Under the pieces are notes generated by a model. The model ran no database searches. It was not told where the DNA came from and was given only the letters and a program-made list of their open reading frames with translations. Shown piece after piece: positions 28,902 to 45,050 of a DNA stretch of 64,000 nt (positions are counted from its first letter, which is position 1; each line of letters opens with the position of its first letter). Location: contig CAWCFX010000004.1 in assembly GCA_963795085.1 (NCBI GenBank), positions 224,001 through 288,000 of the forward strand, written 5' to 3'. This DNA is from an uncultured Gemmatimonadales bacterium (GTDB lineage Bacteria > Gemmatimonadota > Gemmatimonadetes > Gemmatimonadales > GWC2-71-9). Both the position numbers and the translations under genes were made by a program.

Positions 28902-29878
28902 GTGACTCCCTCCTGATGCTTTCGCGGAGTGAGGTCAGCGGGCTTCTCAGCGCCGCCGATTGCATCGCGGTAGTCGAATCGGCGTTTCGAGCCCAGGCGC
29001 GGGGGGAAATTCCGGAGCCGGGTGCCCTCGGGTTCCCGGCCCTGGAGGGCGGGTTCCACGTCAAGGCGGCAGCGACGGGCCAGTACTTTGTTGCCAAGAT
29101 CAACGCCAATTTTCCGGCCAACCCGGCTCGACGCTCCCTCCCCACCATCCAGGGGGTGATTGCGCTGTTCGATGGGGAGCGGGGGACTCCCCTTGCAATC
29201 ATGGATTCTATCGAGATCACGGCGCAGCGAACGGCGGCGGCGACGGCCGTAGCCGTGAAGTACCTGGCACGATCCGATGCCGGAATCGCCGCCATCATCG
29301 GGTGCGGCACCCAGGCCCGCTACCAGCTGGAAGCCGTCAACCTCGCCCGCCCCCTGCGCGAGGCGCTGGCCGTGGACTCGGACGGCCAGCGGGCGGAGAA
29401 ATTTGCCGCCGTGATGACGGCGCAGATGGGGATCACGGTGACCCCAGCCGGGTTGTCTCCTGCCCTCGGCCGAGCCGACATCATCGTCACCTGCACTCCC
29501 TCCCGCCGGGCCTTCGTGAGCCGGGATGTAGTCAGCGACGGCGTATTCATCGCCGCCGTGGGTGCAGACCATCCGGAGAAGCAGGAAATCGACCCGGGAC
29601 TGATGGCGGCGGGGATGGTGGTGGTAGATCACCTGAACCAATGCATGGAATTCGGCGACCTCCATCATGCCGTGGCCCTGGGGCTCATGGGCCCGGGGGA
29701 TGTGCGCGGCACGCTGGGGGAGGTCCTCGAGGGGGTGCGACCCGGCCGGGAATCGGAGCGGGACATCATCATTTTCGACAGCACCGGGACCGCGGTCCAG
29801 GATGTCGCGGCAGCGATCCTGGTGTACGAACGCGCGGTAGCCGCCGGCGCCGGGACGAGCGTCTCGGTGGCGGACTGA
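28898..29878 (+). CDS. ornithine cyclodeaminase/mu-crystallin family protein
   Basis: ITAQRTAA, IIGCGTQA, AVGAD..KQE, FDSTGTAVQD. Confidence 0.9.
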   Translation: MSDSLLMLSRSEVSGLLSAADCIAVVESAFRAQARGEIPEPGALGFPALEGGFHVKAAATGQYFVAKINANFPANPARRSLPTIQGVIALFDGERGTPLAIMDSIEITAQRTAAATAVAVKYLARSDAGIAAIIGCGTQARYQLEAVNLARPLREALAVDSDGQRAEKFAAVMTAQMGITVTPAGLSPALGRADIIVTCTPSRRAFVSRDVVSDGVFIAAVGADHPEKQEIDPGLMAAGMVVVDHLNQCMEFGDLHHAVALGLMGPGDVRGTLGEVLEGVRPGRESERDIIIFDSTGTAVQDVAAAILVYERAVAAGAGTSVSVAD

Positions 29879-29884
29879 CCCGGC

Positions 29885-30367
29885 CTAGGGGCCGGCCACC
29901 GCGATACACTCGATTTCCACCCGCGCTCCCAGCGCCAGCCCGTTGGTGCCGAATGCGCTCCGAGCCGGCTTATGGCCGGGAAAGAAAGTCGCATACACGA
30001 CGTTCATACGTGGCCATTCCGCCATGTCCGCCATCATGACCGTGCACTTGGCGATCCGGTCCATAGAAGAGCCCACCCGGGTCAGCACATCCCTGATGTT
30101 CTCCATGGTCTGCCGGGTTTCGGCTTCAATCCCCCCGGCGACCAGGCCTCCCGCTGCGTCGGCCGTGGTCCCGATCTGCCCGGAAAGAAAGAGCAGGTTG
30201 CCGACCCGCACGGCCGGCGAGAAGGGACGGGTGGGAGGTCCATAGGGAGTGAGCACCTCCATCGCGGAGGCTGGTGCCGGGGCAGGGGCAGGGGCCTCCA
30301 CGGCGGAGCGGCCACAGGCGGTCACGAGGACCACAGCGAGGGCGAGGAGCTTACGGGTGTCGGGCAT
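29885..30367 (-). CDS. RidA/YjgF family protein with lipoprotein signal
   Basis: VLVTAC lipobox; PFSPAV, LFLSGQIG, PARS, VEIECIA. Confidence 0.88.
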   Translation of the reverse strand: MPDTRKLLALAVVLVTACGRSAVEAPAPAPAPASAMEVLTPYGPPTRPFSPAVRVGNLLFLSGQIGTTADAAGGLVAGGIEAETRQTMENIRDVLTRVGSSMDRIAKCTVMMADMAEWPRMNVVYATFFPGHKPARSAFGTNGLALGARVEIECIAVAGP

Positions 30368-30409
30368 AATTTGGTCCAGTGCTGAGGATCGGGCCGAGGC
30401 TGGGGTTGT

Positions 30410-30913
30410 CTACTCGCCGAGCACCGGGTGATACGTCTCATCGGCCTGGGGAGCCAGCCGGGGATTCTCCATCAGGAGCCGGGCACAGGTGTTCCACCGC
30501 AGCAGCGATTCGTCGTTGCCCGGAGGGCGGATCTTTTCCGCCTTCTCATACCAATCCATGGCTTCCCGGATCCAGGGGTACACGGCCGTCTCCGAACCGA
30601 CGCTTCCCTGGGCCAGCTGGGCCTCGCCCCGGCGTTCACAGATGATGCCGGCGTAATAGGTCCGTTGGTACTCACTCTGGAGCCGGGGGAGCACCTCCCG
30701 GGCTCGGGTCACTCCCGCCGCGAGCCCGTGGCCGATCTGGTCGGTTATGCAGAGGAGGAGCAGGACCAGGGCCTGCTGGCTGGCCGGCTCTACCTGCAGG
30801 ATGTCCTGGCAGATGCTTTCCGCCGCCCAGGGCTGGTTGAGCAGGCGGTAGCGTTCCGCCTTCAGCAGCGCCGATGGCAAACTTTCGGGGGTCAATCGCT
30901 TGAGCTGGTACAT
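30410..30913 (-). CDS. hypothetical helical (TPR-like) protein downstream of sdhB
   Basis: ALLKAERYRLLNQPWAAESIC, YYAGIICERR, LLRWNTCAR; start ATG at 30913. Confidence 0.75.
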   Translation of the reverse strand: MYQLKRLTPESLPSALLKAERYRLLNQPWAAESICQDILQVEPASQQALVLLLLCITDQIGHGLAAGVTRAREVLPRLQSEYQRTYYAGIICERRGEAQLAQGSVGSETAVYPWIREAMDWYEKAEKIRPPGNDESLLRWNTCARLLMENPRLAPQADETYHPVLGE

Positions 30914-30942
30914 GGCATTTCCAGTCGCTGGGGCTCGTCCAG

Positions 30943-31698
30943 TCAGGAGGTCCGCGGTTGCTTCCGGAACAGGCGAACCAGCTTTGCGAGCGGGTCGTAG
31001 AACTCGTCCACCACCCGCTCTTTGAGCGGAATGATGGCATTGTCGGTAATCGCGATGCTTTCGGGGCACACCGTGGTGCAGCACTTGGTGATATTGCAGT
31101 AGCCGATGCCGTGCGCCTGTTTCAGCTCTTCCACCCGGTCTTCGGTGTCCAGCGGGTGCATCTCGAGGGCGGCGGCGTAGACCAGGAACCGGGGTCCGAT
31201 GAATTCCTCGTGCTTATGGTGGTCCCGGAGCACGTGGCACACGTCCTGGCAGAGAAAGCACTCGATGCACTTCCGGAATTCCTGGACCCGGTCAATGTCC
31301 TGCTGGTGTATCCGCCAGGTACCGTCGGGGGCGTCCGGCGCACGCGGCTTGAAGGGCTTGATGCCCTTCTTGACGCGAAAGTTCCAGGACACATCGGTGA
31401 CCAGGTCCCGGACGAGGGGAAACGCCCGCATCGGCTCGATAGTGACGGGACGATCCCCGGGGAGCTGGTTCATCCGGGTCATGCACATGAGGCGGGGCAT
31501 GCCGTTGACCTCGGCGGAGCAGGAGCCGCACTTGCCGGCCTTGCAATTCCAGCGCACGGCCAGGTCGGGCGCGCTTTCCGCCTGGATCTGGTGCACGGCG
31601 TCCAGCACCACCATGCCCTCGCTCACTTCGGTCCGATAGTCCTGGAGCCCCCCCTGGGTCGCATCGCCCCGCCAGATGCGAAACGTCGCCTGGGTCAT
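30943..31698 (-). CDS. sdhB: succinate dehydrogenase/fumarate reductase Fe-S subunit
   Basis: CKAGKCGSC, CIECFLCQDVC, CNITKCCTTVCP. Confidence 0.94.
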   Translation of the reverse strand: MTQATFRIWRGDATQGGLQDYRTEVSEGMVVLDAVHQIQAESAPDLAVRWNCKAGKCGSCSAEVNGMPRLMCMTRMNQLPGDRPVTIEPMRAFPLVRDLVTDVSWNFRVKKGIKPFKPRAPDAPDGTWRIHQQDIDRVQEFRKCIECFLCQDVCHVLRDHHKHEEFIGPRFLVYAAALEMHPLDTEDRVEELKQAHGIGYCNITKCCTTVCPESIAITDNAIIPLKERVVDEFYDPLAKLVRLFRKQPRTS

Positions 31699-33518
31699 GT
31701 CTTTCCCTCCTCGATCACCCGCTTCAGTTCAGCCGGCAGGTCCGGGATGGGCTCCCGGGACAGTTCCATCCCGCCGTCCCGGCTTTTCCGGACAATGATG
31801 TTATAGCCTGCGGCGGCAGGATCCTTCTCGGGGTAGTCCTCCCGGAAGTGGCCGCCCCTGCTCTCCCTGCGTTCGATGGCACTGAGCGCGATCGCCCGGG
31901 ACACCGTCAGCAGGTTGCCCAGGTCCAGGGCGGTATGCCATCCGGGATTGTATTCCCGGTGTCCTTCGACGGCGGCACGGCCGACGCGTTCTTCCAGGCG
32001 CACGATTTCTTCCAGCGCCTGCCGCATCTCCTCCTCCTGCCGGACGATCCCCACCTGGTCCTGCATGGTGTTCTGCAGGTCGCTCTGAATCCGGTAAGGG
32101 CTTTCCGCGCCGGCCTGGCCGGCGCGCTCGAAAGGGGCGAGCGCCGTCCGGGCTGCTGCCTCGAGGGCGCCGGTGTCGATGGTGCCCTGGGGATTGGCCC
32201 GCGCATAGGCGGCGGCCTCCTCGCCGGCGCGCTTGCCGAACACCAGCAGGTCGCTCAGCGAGTTGCCACCCAGCCGGTTGGCGCCGTGGAGGCCCGCCGC
32301 GCATTCCCCGGCGGCGAAGAGGCCGGGCACGGTGGACATCTGGGTGTCGCCGTCCACCCGGATCCCGCCCATGATGTAGTGGGTGGTCGGCCCCACTTCC
32401 ATCGGGGTGGTGGTGATGTCGATGTCGGCCAGTTGCTTGAACTGGTGGTACATGCTGGGAAGTTTCTTGCGGATGAGGTCCGCCGCATCGGGCAGCCGGG
32501 CCTTGATCCAGGCGATGTCGAGAAAGACGCCGCCGTGGGGACTGCCCCGGCCGGCCTTCACCTCGCGCATGATGCAGCGGGCGACGTGATCCCGGGTGAG
32601 CAACTCGGGCGGCCGGCGCGCGTTCTTGTCGCCCTGGGTATAGCGCCAGCCTTCTTCCTCGTTGTCGGCGGTCTGGTTGCGGTAGTTGTCCGGGATGTCA
32701 TCGAACATGAACCGGCGGCCCTGGTTGTTGAGCAGGATGCCGCCCTCGCCCCGGACACCCTCGGTGACCAGGATGCCCCGGACGCTGGGAGGCCAGACCA
32801 TGCCGGTGGGGTGGAACTGGACGAATTCCATGTCCTGGAGGGCGGCACCCGCGTGGTACGCAAGGGCATGACCGTCGCCGGTGTATTCCCAGCTGTTGCT
32901 GGTGACCCGGAATGCCCGGCCCACGCCGCCGGTGGCGAGCACGATGGCCCGGGCCCGGAACAGCCGGAACCGGCCCCGCTCCCGGTCATATCCAAAGGCG
33001 CCGGCAACGCGGTCTCCGTCCTTGAGCAGCGCGATAACGGTGACCTCCATGTGTACGTCGATCCCCTGGTGGATCCCGTGGTCCTGCAAGGTGCGGATCA
33101 TTTCCAGCCCGGTGCGGTCACCGACGTGCGCCAGCCGGGGATACTTATGGCCGCCGAAGTTCCGCTGCAGGATCCTCCCGTCGGGGGTGCGGTCGAAGAG
33201 AGCTCCCCAGGCTTCCAGTTCGCGTACCCGGTCCGGGGCTTCTTTGGCGTGTAGTTCGGCCATGCGCCAGTTGTTGACGTACTGGCCGCCCCGCATGGTA
33301 TCGGCGAAGTGAACTTTCCAGTTGTCCCGGTCGTCGACATTGGCGAGGGCTGCCGCCACACCCCCTTCGGCCATGACGGTATGGGCCTTGCCCAGCAGCG
33401 ACTTGCAGACCAGGCCGACCGAGCCCCCGGCTGCCGCCGCGCCGATGGCCGCCCGGAGCCCGGCCCCTCCGGCGCCGATGACCAGCACGTCGTGGTCCAC
33501 CGTCTGGTACTCGGCCAT
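31695..33518 (-). CDS. sdhA: succinate dehydrogenase/fumarate reductase flavoprotein
   Basis: GAGGAG, KAHTVMAEGG, QFHPT, HYIMGG, HGANRLGGNSL, ESRGGH; start MAEYQ at 33518. Confidence 0.95.
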   Translation of the reverse strand: MAEYQTVDHDVLVIGAGGAGLRAAIGAAAAGGSVGLVCKSLLGKAHTVMAEGGVAAALANVDDRDNWKVHFADTMRGGQYVNNWRMAELHAKEAPDRVRELEAWGALFDRTPDGRILQRNFGGHKYPRLAHVGDRTGLEMIRTLQDHGIHQGIDVHMEVTVIALLKDGDRVAGAFGYDRERGRFRLFRARAIVLATGGVGRAFRVTSNSWEYTGDGHALAYHAGAALQDMEFVQFHPTGMVWPPSVRGILVTEGVRGEGGILLNNQGRRFMFDDIPDNYRNQTADNEEEGWRYTQGDKNARRPPELLTRDHVARCIMREVKAGRGSPHGGVFLDIAWIKARLPDAADLIRKKLPSMYHQFKQLADIDITTTPMEVGPTTHYIMGGIRVDGDTQMSTVPGLFAAGECAAGLHGANRLGGNSLSDLLVFGKRAGEEAAAYARANPQGTIDTGALEAAARTALAPFERAGQAGAESPYRIQSDLQNTMQDQVGIVRQEEEMRQALEEIVRLEERVGRAAVEGHREYNPGWHTALDLGNLLTVSRAIALSAIERRESRGGHFREDYPEKDPAAAGYNIIVRKSRDGGMELSREPIPDLPAELKRVIEEGKT

Positions 33519-34324
33519 CAGAAGATTCTCCAGTCCGTCCAGATCCCCATGGCGCAAAGGCGTACGTACAGGTCGGCGAAGGCGACGCTGAACAGGCTCA
33601 GCCAGGCAAACATCATGTGGCGGCGATTGAGCCGGCTGACGCACCGGTAGGCGGCGCGGCGAACGGGCCGGCCGGCCAGGCGGTCGTACACTCCGCCGAC
33701 CAGATGGCGAAGGGAATGACAGCCCAGGGTGTAGCTGCCGATCAGCAGCACGTTACCCAGGAGCACCAGGGTCCCGAGGCCGATACCGAACTCCGAAGCA
33801 CCGGTAGCGGGGTTGGTCCACCAGAAGGCCAACCAGACGTCATAGGAAAGCACGGCGATGAACACCAGGGCCAGGTAGAGGAAATAGCGGTGCACGTTCT
33901 GGAGGATGAGCGGGAACTTCGCCTCTCCCCGGTATCGGCTCCGGGGCTCCCCGACGGTGCAGGCGGGAGGATCGGCCCAGAATGCCTTGTAGTATGCGCC
34001 CCGATAGTAGTAACAGGTGAACCGGAACCCCCCTGGCGCCCAGAGGATGAGCAGCGCCGGTGAGAAGGGCAGCCACCCAGGCCACCACCCCGGTGCCGGC
34101 CCGAACCAGGCATGGGGCGTGCTCCCGAACAGCTCCGGCGAATAGAATGGGGAGAGGTAGGGTCCGTGGGTGTAGTGGGCGTTCTGGAAGGCCGCCCAGG
34201 TCGAGTAGACGATGAACCCGCTGAAAACAAGAAAAGTGACCAGCGGCTGCAGCCACCAGAGATCACCCCGACTCGTCTTTCCTGCCGAATTCTGGTAGAG
34301 CGGAAGCTCGGCGTGCGCCATCAA
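33518..34324 (-). CDS. SDH membrane anchor, mycobacterial Sdh1 (Rv0249c-like, type F)
   Basis: YLSPFYSP, FRFTCYYYRGAYYKAFW..PPAC, QNVHRYF, YTLGCHSLRH, LNRRHM. Confidence 0.82.
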   Translation of the reverse strand: MMAHAELPLYQNSAGKTSRGDLWWLQPLVTFLVFSGFIVYSTWAAFQNAHYTHGPYLSPFYSPELFGSTPHAWFGPAPGWWPGWLPFSPALLILWAPGGFRFTCYYYRGAYYKAFWADPPACTVGEPRSRYRGEAKFPLILQNVHRYFLYLALVFIAVLSYDVWLAFWWTNPATGASEFGIGLGTLVLLGNVLLIGSYTLGCHSLRHLVGGVYDRLAGRPVRRAAYRCVSRLNRRHMMFAWLSLFSVAFADLYVRLCAMGIWTDWRIF

Positions 34325-34475
34325 CGGCTCCGGGCTGACAGGTACGCAAATGGGGGAGGAGAAACAAGAGCGGCAAGCGAGACCGGTGAACGGTACTCAG
34401 AGACGGGGATTCTTGCAATCGAAAATGATTTGCATGAACTTGAACCATGACCCTACCCGCCCGGCAAGGCATTTC

Positions 34476-38158
<3,683 letters not shown>

Positions 38159-38162
<4 letters not shown>

Positions 38163-38824
38163 AACTCCAGTTCGCTTTCCCGGCGGGCATCGGGCTCAAG
38201 CTTCATTCCGCGCCGAGCCCGCTTCTGCTGGGTCAACTTGGAGGCGGACTTGAGCATCGCCATGGGGCCGGGAGGCCCCTCCAGCCGGGTGAGCGAGGCG
38301 ATGACCTGGGCGCCGAAGCCGGCGGATGTGGCTTCCCTCGACAGGCCTTCCGGCGTCAGGATGAGGCATTCCTGGATGCGACCCGCCCGCTGGTCGCCGG
38401 TTGGATGGTCATCGTCATAGCGGAATCCCCCCATTTTCAGGAAGAACTCGATGGCGACCGCGGCGGCGCCCGGCTTGACGCGGGCCAGCACATGCGCGGC
38501 GTAGCAGTCGGCCTCCAGTTCATACTGCTGCATGAGATCGGCCCGGCCGCTTACCCGGGCGGGCACCCGCCGGTGACCGTACCGGATGTGGCCATACTCA
38601 TGGGCCAGGACAAAGGCGCTCAGGTTGGGTCCAAACCGGGCCATGAGCCGCGGGTTGTAGTAGATGACGGGATCCAGGGGGTCAGCCACGGCCACGGCCA
38701 CGTCCTGCAGGCTCGAATCGGCGACCTCTCGCACACTGACGGCGGGCCGATGGGCCTGGCCCGCGACGGACCCGACTCCCAGCACCATCATGACGAAAAG
38801 CACCTGCGGAAATCGCTGGGTCAC
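38159..38824 (-). CDS. secreted HExxH zinc-metallopeptidase-like protein
   Basis: FVLAHEYGH, ELEADCYA, HPTGDQR (M48-like). Confidence 0.7.
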
Positions 38825-38938
38825 GGCCGCTACACTCCGCCTCCGCCTGGTTTGGACGGGCAGGCCGGGAAGGTCTGCCTGGAGGTTTGTCAGGGTCTAT
38901 GGCGGCAGTAGGGGGGACCGCCTTCCTGGAGTGAATTG

Positions 38939-38953
38939 GCAAACTTTGTGCCG
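38939..38953 (-). promoter_or_regulatory. sigma54 -24/-12 promoter
   Basis: Minus strand CGGCAC-AAAGT-TTGC, about 115 nt upstream of the HExxH gene. Confidence 0.6.
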
Positions 38954-39104
38954 AGCTGCCTCCCGCATACCCGAGGTGCAAATGACTGTGCCGCCTTGAT
39001 CTATAAGGTGGTGATCTACCACAAACTGGACTCCGGTGTCGAAATTCGAGTCGGCGGGATGGGAGTGGGGTACCCTGGAGGGGCGGAACTCGCGACAGGT
39101 CCTT

Positions 39105-40073
39105 TCAGTCTGCGGCGGCACCGAAACGGCGAACGATTTCGCCGGCCGGCTCAATCCGGTCGATGCCGGCCACGCTCTTCCCCGCCTGCCAGTAGTCATT
39201 TTCGCCGGAGGCGTCGAGAGAGGATCGCTTGAGCTGCCAGAGGGAGCGGAGAGCGTAGAGGGACCGCATGAGGTGCTTGGTGCGCCGGCGGCGCAACATC
39301 CAGCGGGCGAGTGCACCAGCCTTGAGGCCGACGCGTTCAATGTAGGGGGTCCGGATTACCGCGACGGGAACCCCGGTGATCCGTTCGCTGTGGACGATGT
39401 CCTCGGCGCGGGCGGCCAGGATGGCGCGCTTGTAGGGTTCGCTGGCCCGGCACTCAGGCGTGGCGATGAACCGGGTCCCCAATTGCGCCCCGGCGTACCC
39501 CATGCGTAGGGCACGGACATAATCCGCCTCGGTTCCGATGCCCCCGGCGCAAACGACCGGCAGCCCGAGGTCCCCGATCTCGGCCAGCAGGCGCTCCGGA
39601 TCGTGGGGCCCCGCGTGGCCGCCGGCCAGGCTGTTCACGCCGATCAGCCCGTGCACTCCCGCCCCCGCCCCTTTCGCAGCCCATTTTCTCTCCGTCACAT
39701 CGTGATAGACGATCCCTCCGACGCCGGTAACGCGGTCCACCACCCATCGAGGGTTGCCGAGCGACGTGACGAAAAACCGAATGCCTTCTTCCAGCGCGGT
39801 CTCGATCCATTGCTCCATCCGCCGCCGGTAGGTCCGGGACGACTGCTCGATCAGCGCGTTCATGCCCACCGGCTTGGCGGTCAGCCGCCGGATCAGGCGC
39901 AATCCTTCGCGAAAGTCATGGCCATGCACGTAGGTGAGGGAGATGGGCTGCACGACCCCGAGACCACCCGCCTCTGACACCGCGGCGACCAGTTCGGGAT
40001 TGGAGCAGGGATACATGGCGCCGCAGATGAGGGGGATCTCGATGCCGGCGTGACCGGTCAGGGCGGTGTTCAT
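39105..40073 (-). CDS. nitronate monooxygenase / FabK-like flavoenzyme
   Basis: ELVAAVSEAGGLG, AGGHAG, VCAGGIG, AQLGTRFIAT, WQAGKSV. Confidence 0.88.
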   Translation of the reverse strand: MNTALTGHAGIEIPLICGAMYPCSNPELVAAVSEAGGLGVVQPISLTYVHGHDFREGLRLIRRLTAKPVGMNALIEQSSRTYRRRMEQWIETALEEGIRFFVTSLGNPRWVVDRVTGVGGIVYHDVTERKWAAKGAGAGVHGLIGVNSLAGGHAGPHDPERLLAEIGDLGLPVVCAGGIGTEADYVRALRMGYAGAQLGTRFIATPECRASEPYKRAILAARAEDIVHSERITGVPVAVIRTPYIERVGLKAGALARWMLRRRRTKHLMRSLYALRSLWQLKRSSLDASGENDYWQAGKSVAGIDRIEPAGEIVRRFGAAAD

Positions 40074-40579
40074 GCCGGGGCGAGCCGCCAGGTGACCCGG
40101 ATCCGGGCGACGGTTTCGCCCGATTCGTCCCGGACGTCGGCGCTGACCACCTGGTCCATCGGCTCAAGCAACGTCGGGGGGACCTGGCAGGCGCATTCTG
40201 CGACAAGGCGGCCGCGCGCCTTCCGGAGGAAATCGGCCTCCAGCCCGATCACGATACTGCGGACGCCGGGCGGCAGGCTGGCGATCATCGCCAGCCCGCT
40301 GGTCACCTCGCCCAGGTTGACCAGGGCGATGGCGTGAATCGACCGAAGGTGATTGCGGAGACCCCGACGGTCGCGCAGCGAGACCCGGGCAAAACCGGGA
40401 CGCAGCTCCTCGACCAGGGGCGAGATGCTTCCGGTGTAGGGCACCAACCACGCCAGCATGCGGCTGAACAGCCAGCGCCCGAAGGGGAATCGCTCCAGAC
40501 GCCGCCACCGGGAGAGGACGCCGTGCCCCGGCAGGGCGCCGGGCGCGACCGGCGCGCCGGTGGCGGCGGACTTCAGCAA
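40070..40579 (-). CDS. hotdog-fold thioesterase (DUF4442-like)
   Basis: PYTGSI, RNHLRSIHAIAL, FLRKARG; start uncertain. Confidence 0.8.
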   Translation of the reverse strand: MLKSAATGAPVAPGALPGHGVLSRWRRLERFPFGRWLFSRMLAWLVPYTGSISPLVEELRPGFARVSLRDRRGLRNHLRSIHAIALVNLGEVTSGLAMIASLPPGVRSIVIGLEADFLRKARGRLVAECACQVPPTLLEPMDQVVSADVRDESGETVARIRVTWRLAPA

Positions 40580-40965
40580 CTGCCGCCGATAGCTCCGGTG
40601 ATCCGGGCTGAAATCTCGCAGGATTCGATGCTTTCCCCCCGGGCGTTCCGGGCGGTCACCACGAAGTAGTACGTCGTGCCCGGGTCGAGACCGGCCGGGT
40701 GATCGAAGCTCAACTGCAGGCCGGGGTGGAACATGTTGCCGGGGAGCGCCGTGTGGTTGATGCGGGTGACGCCGCTTTGCGATGCCATGTAAATGCTGTA
40801 GCTGGCGGCACCGGCCGAGGCGGTCCAGGAAAGTGTCACATTACCGGCCACCACCTGGGCGGCCAGGCTGGTGACGGCACCCGGAGCGGAATTGGGCCCG
40901 GTGCCGCCGCTATCGCCTCCGCAGGCGGCCAGGGCCAGTGCGAGGATGGCCATTCCTCGGGTCAT
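40573..40965 (-). CDS. small lipoprotein with fibronectin type III domain
   Basis: LAAC lipobox; VTLSW, SYSIY, GTTYYFVVTARN..GES. Confidence 0.82.
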   Translation of the reverse strand: MTRGMAILALALAACGGDSGGTGPNSAPGAVTSLAAQVVAGNVTLSWTASAGAASYSIYMASQSGVTRINHTALPGNMFHPGLQLSFDHPAGLDPGTTYYFVVTARNARGESIESCEISARITGAIGGSC

Positions 40966-41069
40966 CGTGGGTACCTGATGAAAGGGGAACCGGGAAAATG
41001 CGGTTTTTCCCCAGGCTCGGCAAGCGCCCATGCATTGACCCGGCCTTTCCGGTGGTCTAGCATACAGCA

Positions 41070-43861
<2,792 letters not shown>

Positions 43862-43865
<4 letters not shown>

Positions 43866-44977
43866 GCCGGCAATGCCCCGAGCTCGCGCATCAGGCGGCG
43901 GTCCATTCGGTCCTTGATGCCGAGGAGCCATCCACCCTCCAGGCTGAAGGCCCCGCGATGGAGCAGGGCCTGTCCGTGGCCGGTTTCAGTCCAGGTGGCG
44001 CGCTCCCGGAGACGGTACCTGTGCCGAGGCGACCGCCCCCCCAGCACGGCGAGCAGGTTGTCGGCAATGACCCGCGCGCTTTCGTGCGGATCCAGCCGGA
44101 TGGTTGCCGGATTTCCATCGTTGATCGTCACCGTTCCGGCCATAAAGAGTCCCGGTGCGTCCACCGCCTGGAGATGGCGGTCTACCAGCGGGATTCCATC
44201 CGCGCCGTGCCGAAGAGTGCCGCCATCGGCGTAGACCGGCGCTTCGTCGGCCGCCCAGACCAGGATGTCAAACGAAATGGTGGCGCCGTTCGAGAGCTGG
44301 AGTCCGCGGGCGCCGACCTCGGTGATCTCGGCGCCGAGGATGGCGGTGATGCCCTGGCGGCCGAGCGCCGTCTTCGCCAGCCGGGAGGACAGCCCCGGTC
44401 CGGTCCACGGCGCCGTTGCCGGTGAGATGATCGTCGTGACCGTTCGGGCCGGGGCCAGCCGGTCCATGACCGAATCCAGGGTCAACGCGATCTCCAGCGA
44501 TTCCGGCTGCCCCCCGACGATGGCGAGCCGCAGGATCCCTGCCTGCGCCTGGGCCAATCTTTCCAACGCCGGGACCAGGGCCATGGCGCCGGCAAGGGAA
44601 GGCACGAAGGTGGCGTGGCGGGAGGCGCCGGGAACGCGCGAGGCGTCCGGGAGCGGGCCCCGGGCGATCGACGCCGCATTATAAAGAACGACCTCGCCGC
44701 TGCTGGTCTTCACGGTTCGGGTCGTGGGGTTGATCGAAGTTATCCCGCTGTGTATGATCCGCACGCCAGCCGACCGGGCGAGATTTTCCAGGTTGATCCC
44801 TGCCTCGCTGGGCCGGTACCTTCCGGCCAGGAGGCCAGGCAGGGAACCCGGACTCATTTCAGTCTCAACCGACGAAATCAGAATGGCTTCGCGGGCAGGC
44901 TCCCGCCGCCGCGCCAGGCTCTTCATGAGCAGGAGGTGGGCGGGACCGGAACCGAGGAGGACAAGCCTGGGCAGCAT
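43862..44977 (-). CDS. FAD-dependent oxidoreductase (NDH-2/SelD N-terminal-like), divergent
   Basis: LVLLGSGPAHL, PGSLPGLLAG, VDRHLQ..PGLFMAG, W..KDRMDRRLM. Confidence 0.72.
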
Positions 44978-45050
44978 CGCAGCAATTTAAGAATACCGGC
45001 CATATTTCGCCGCCAGCCCCCCTTGGCGGCCCTCTTCCCGGTGAGCCTGG

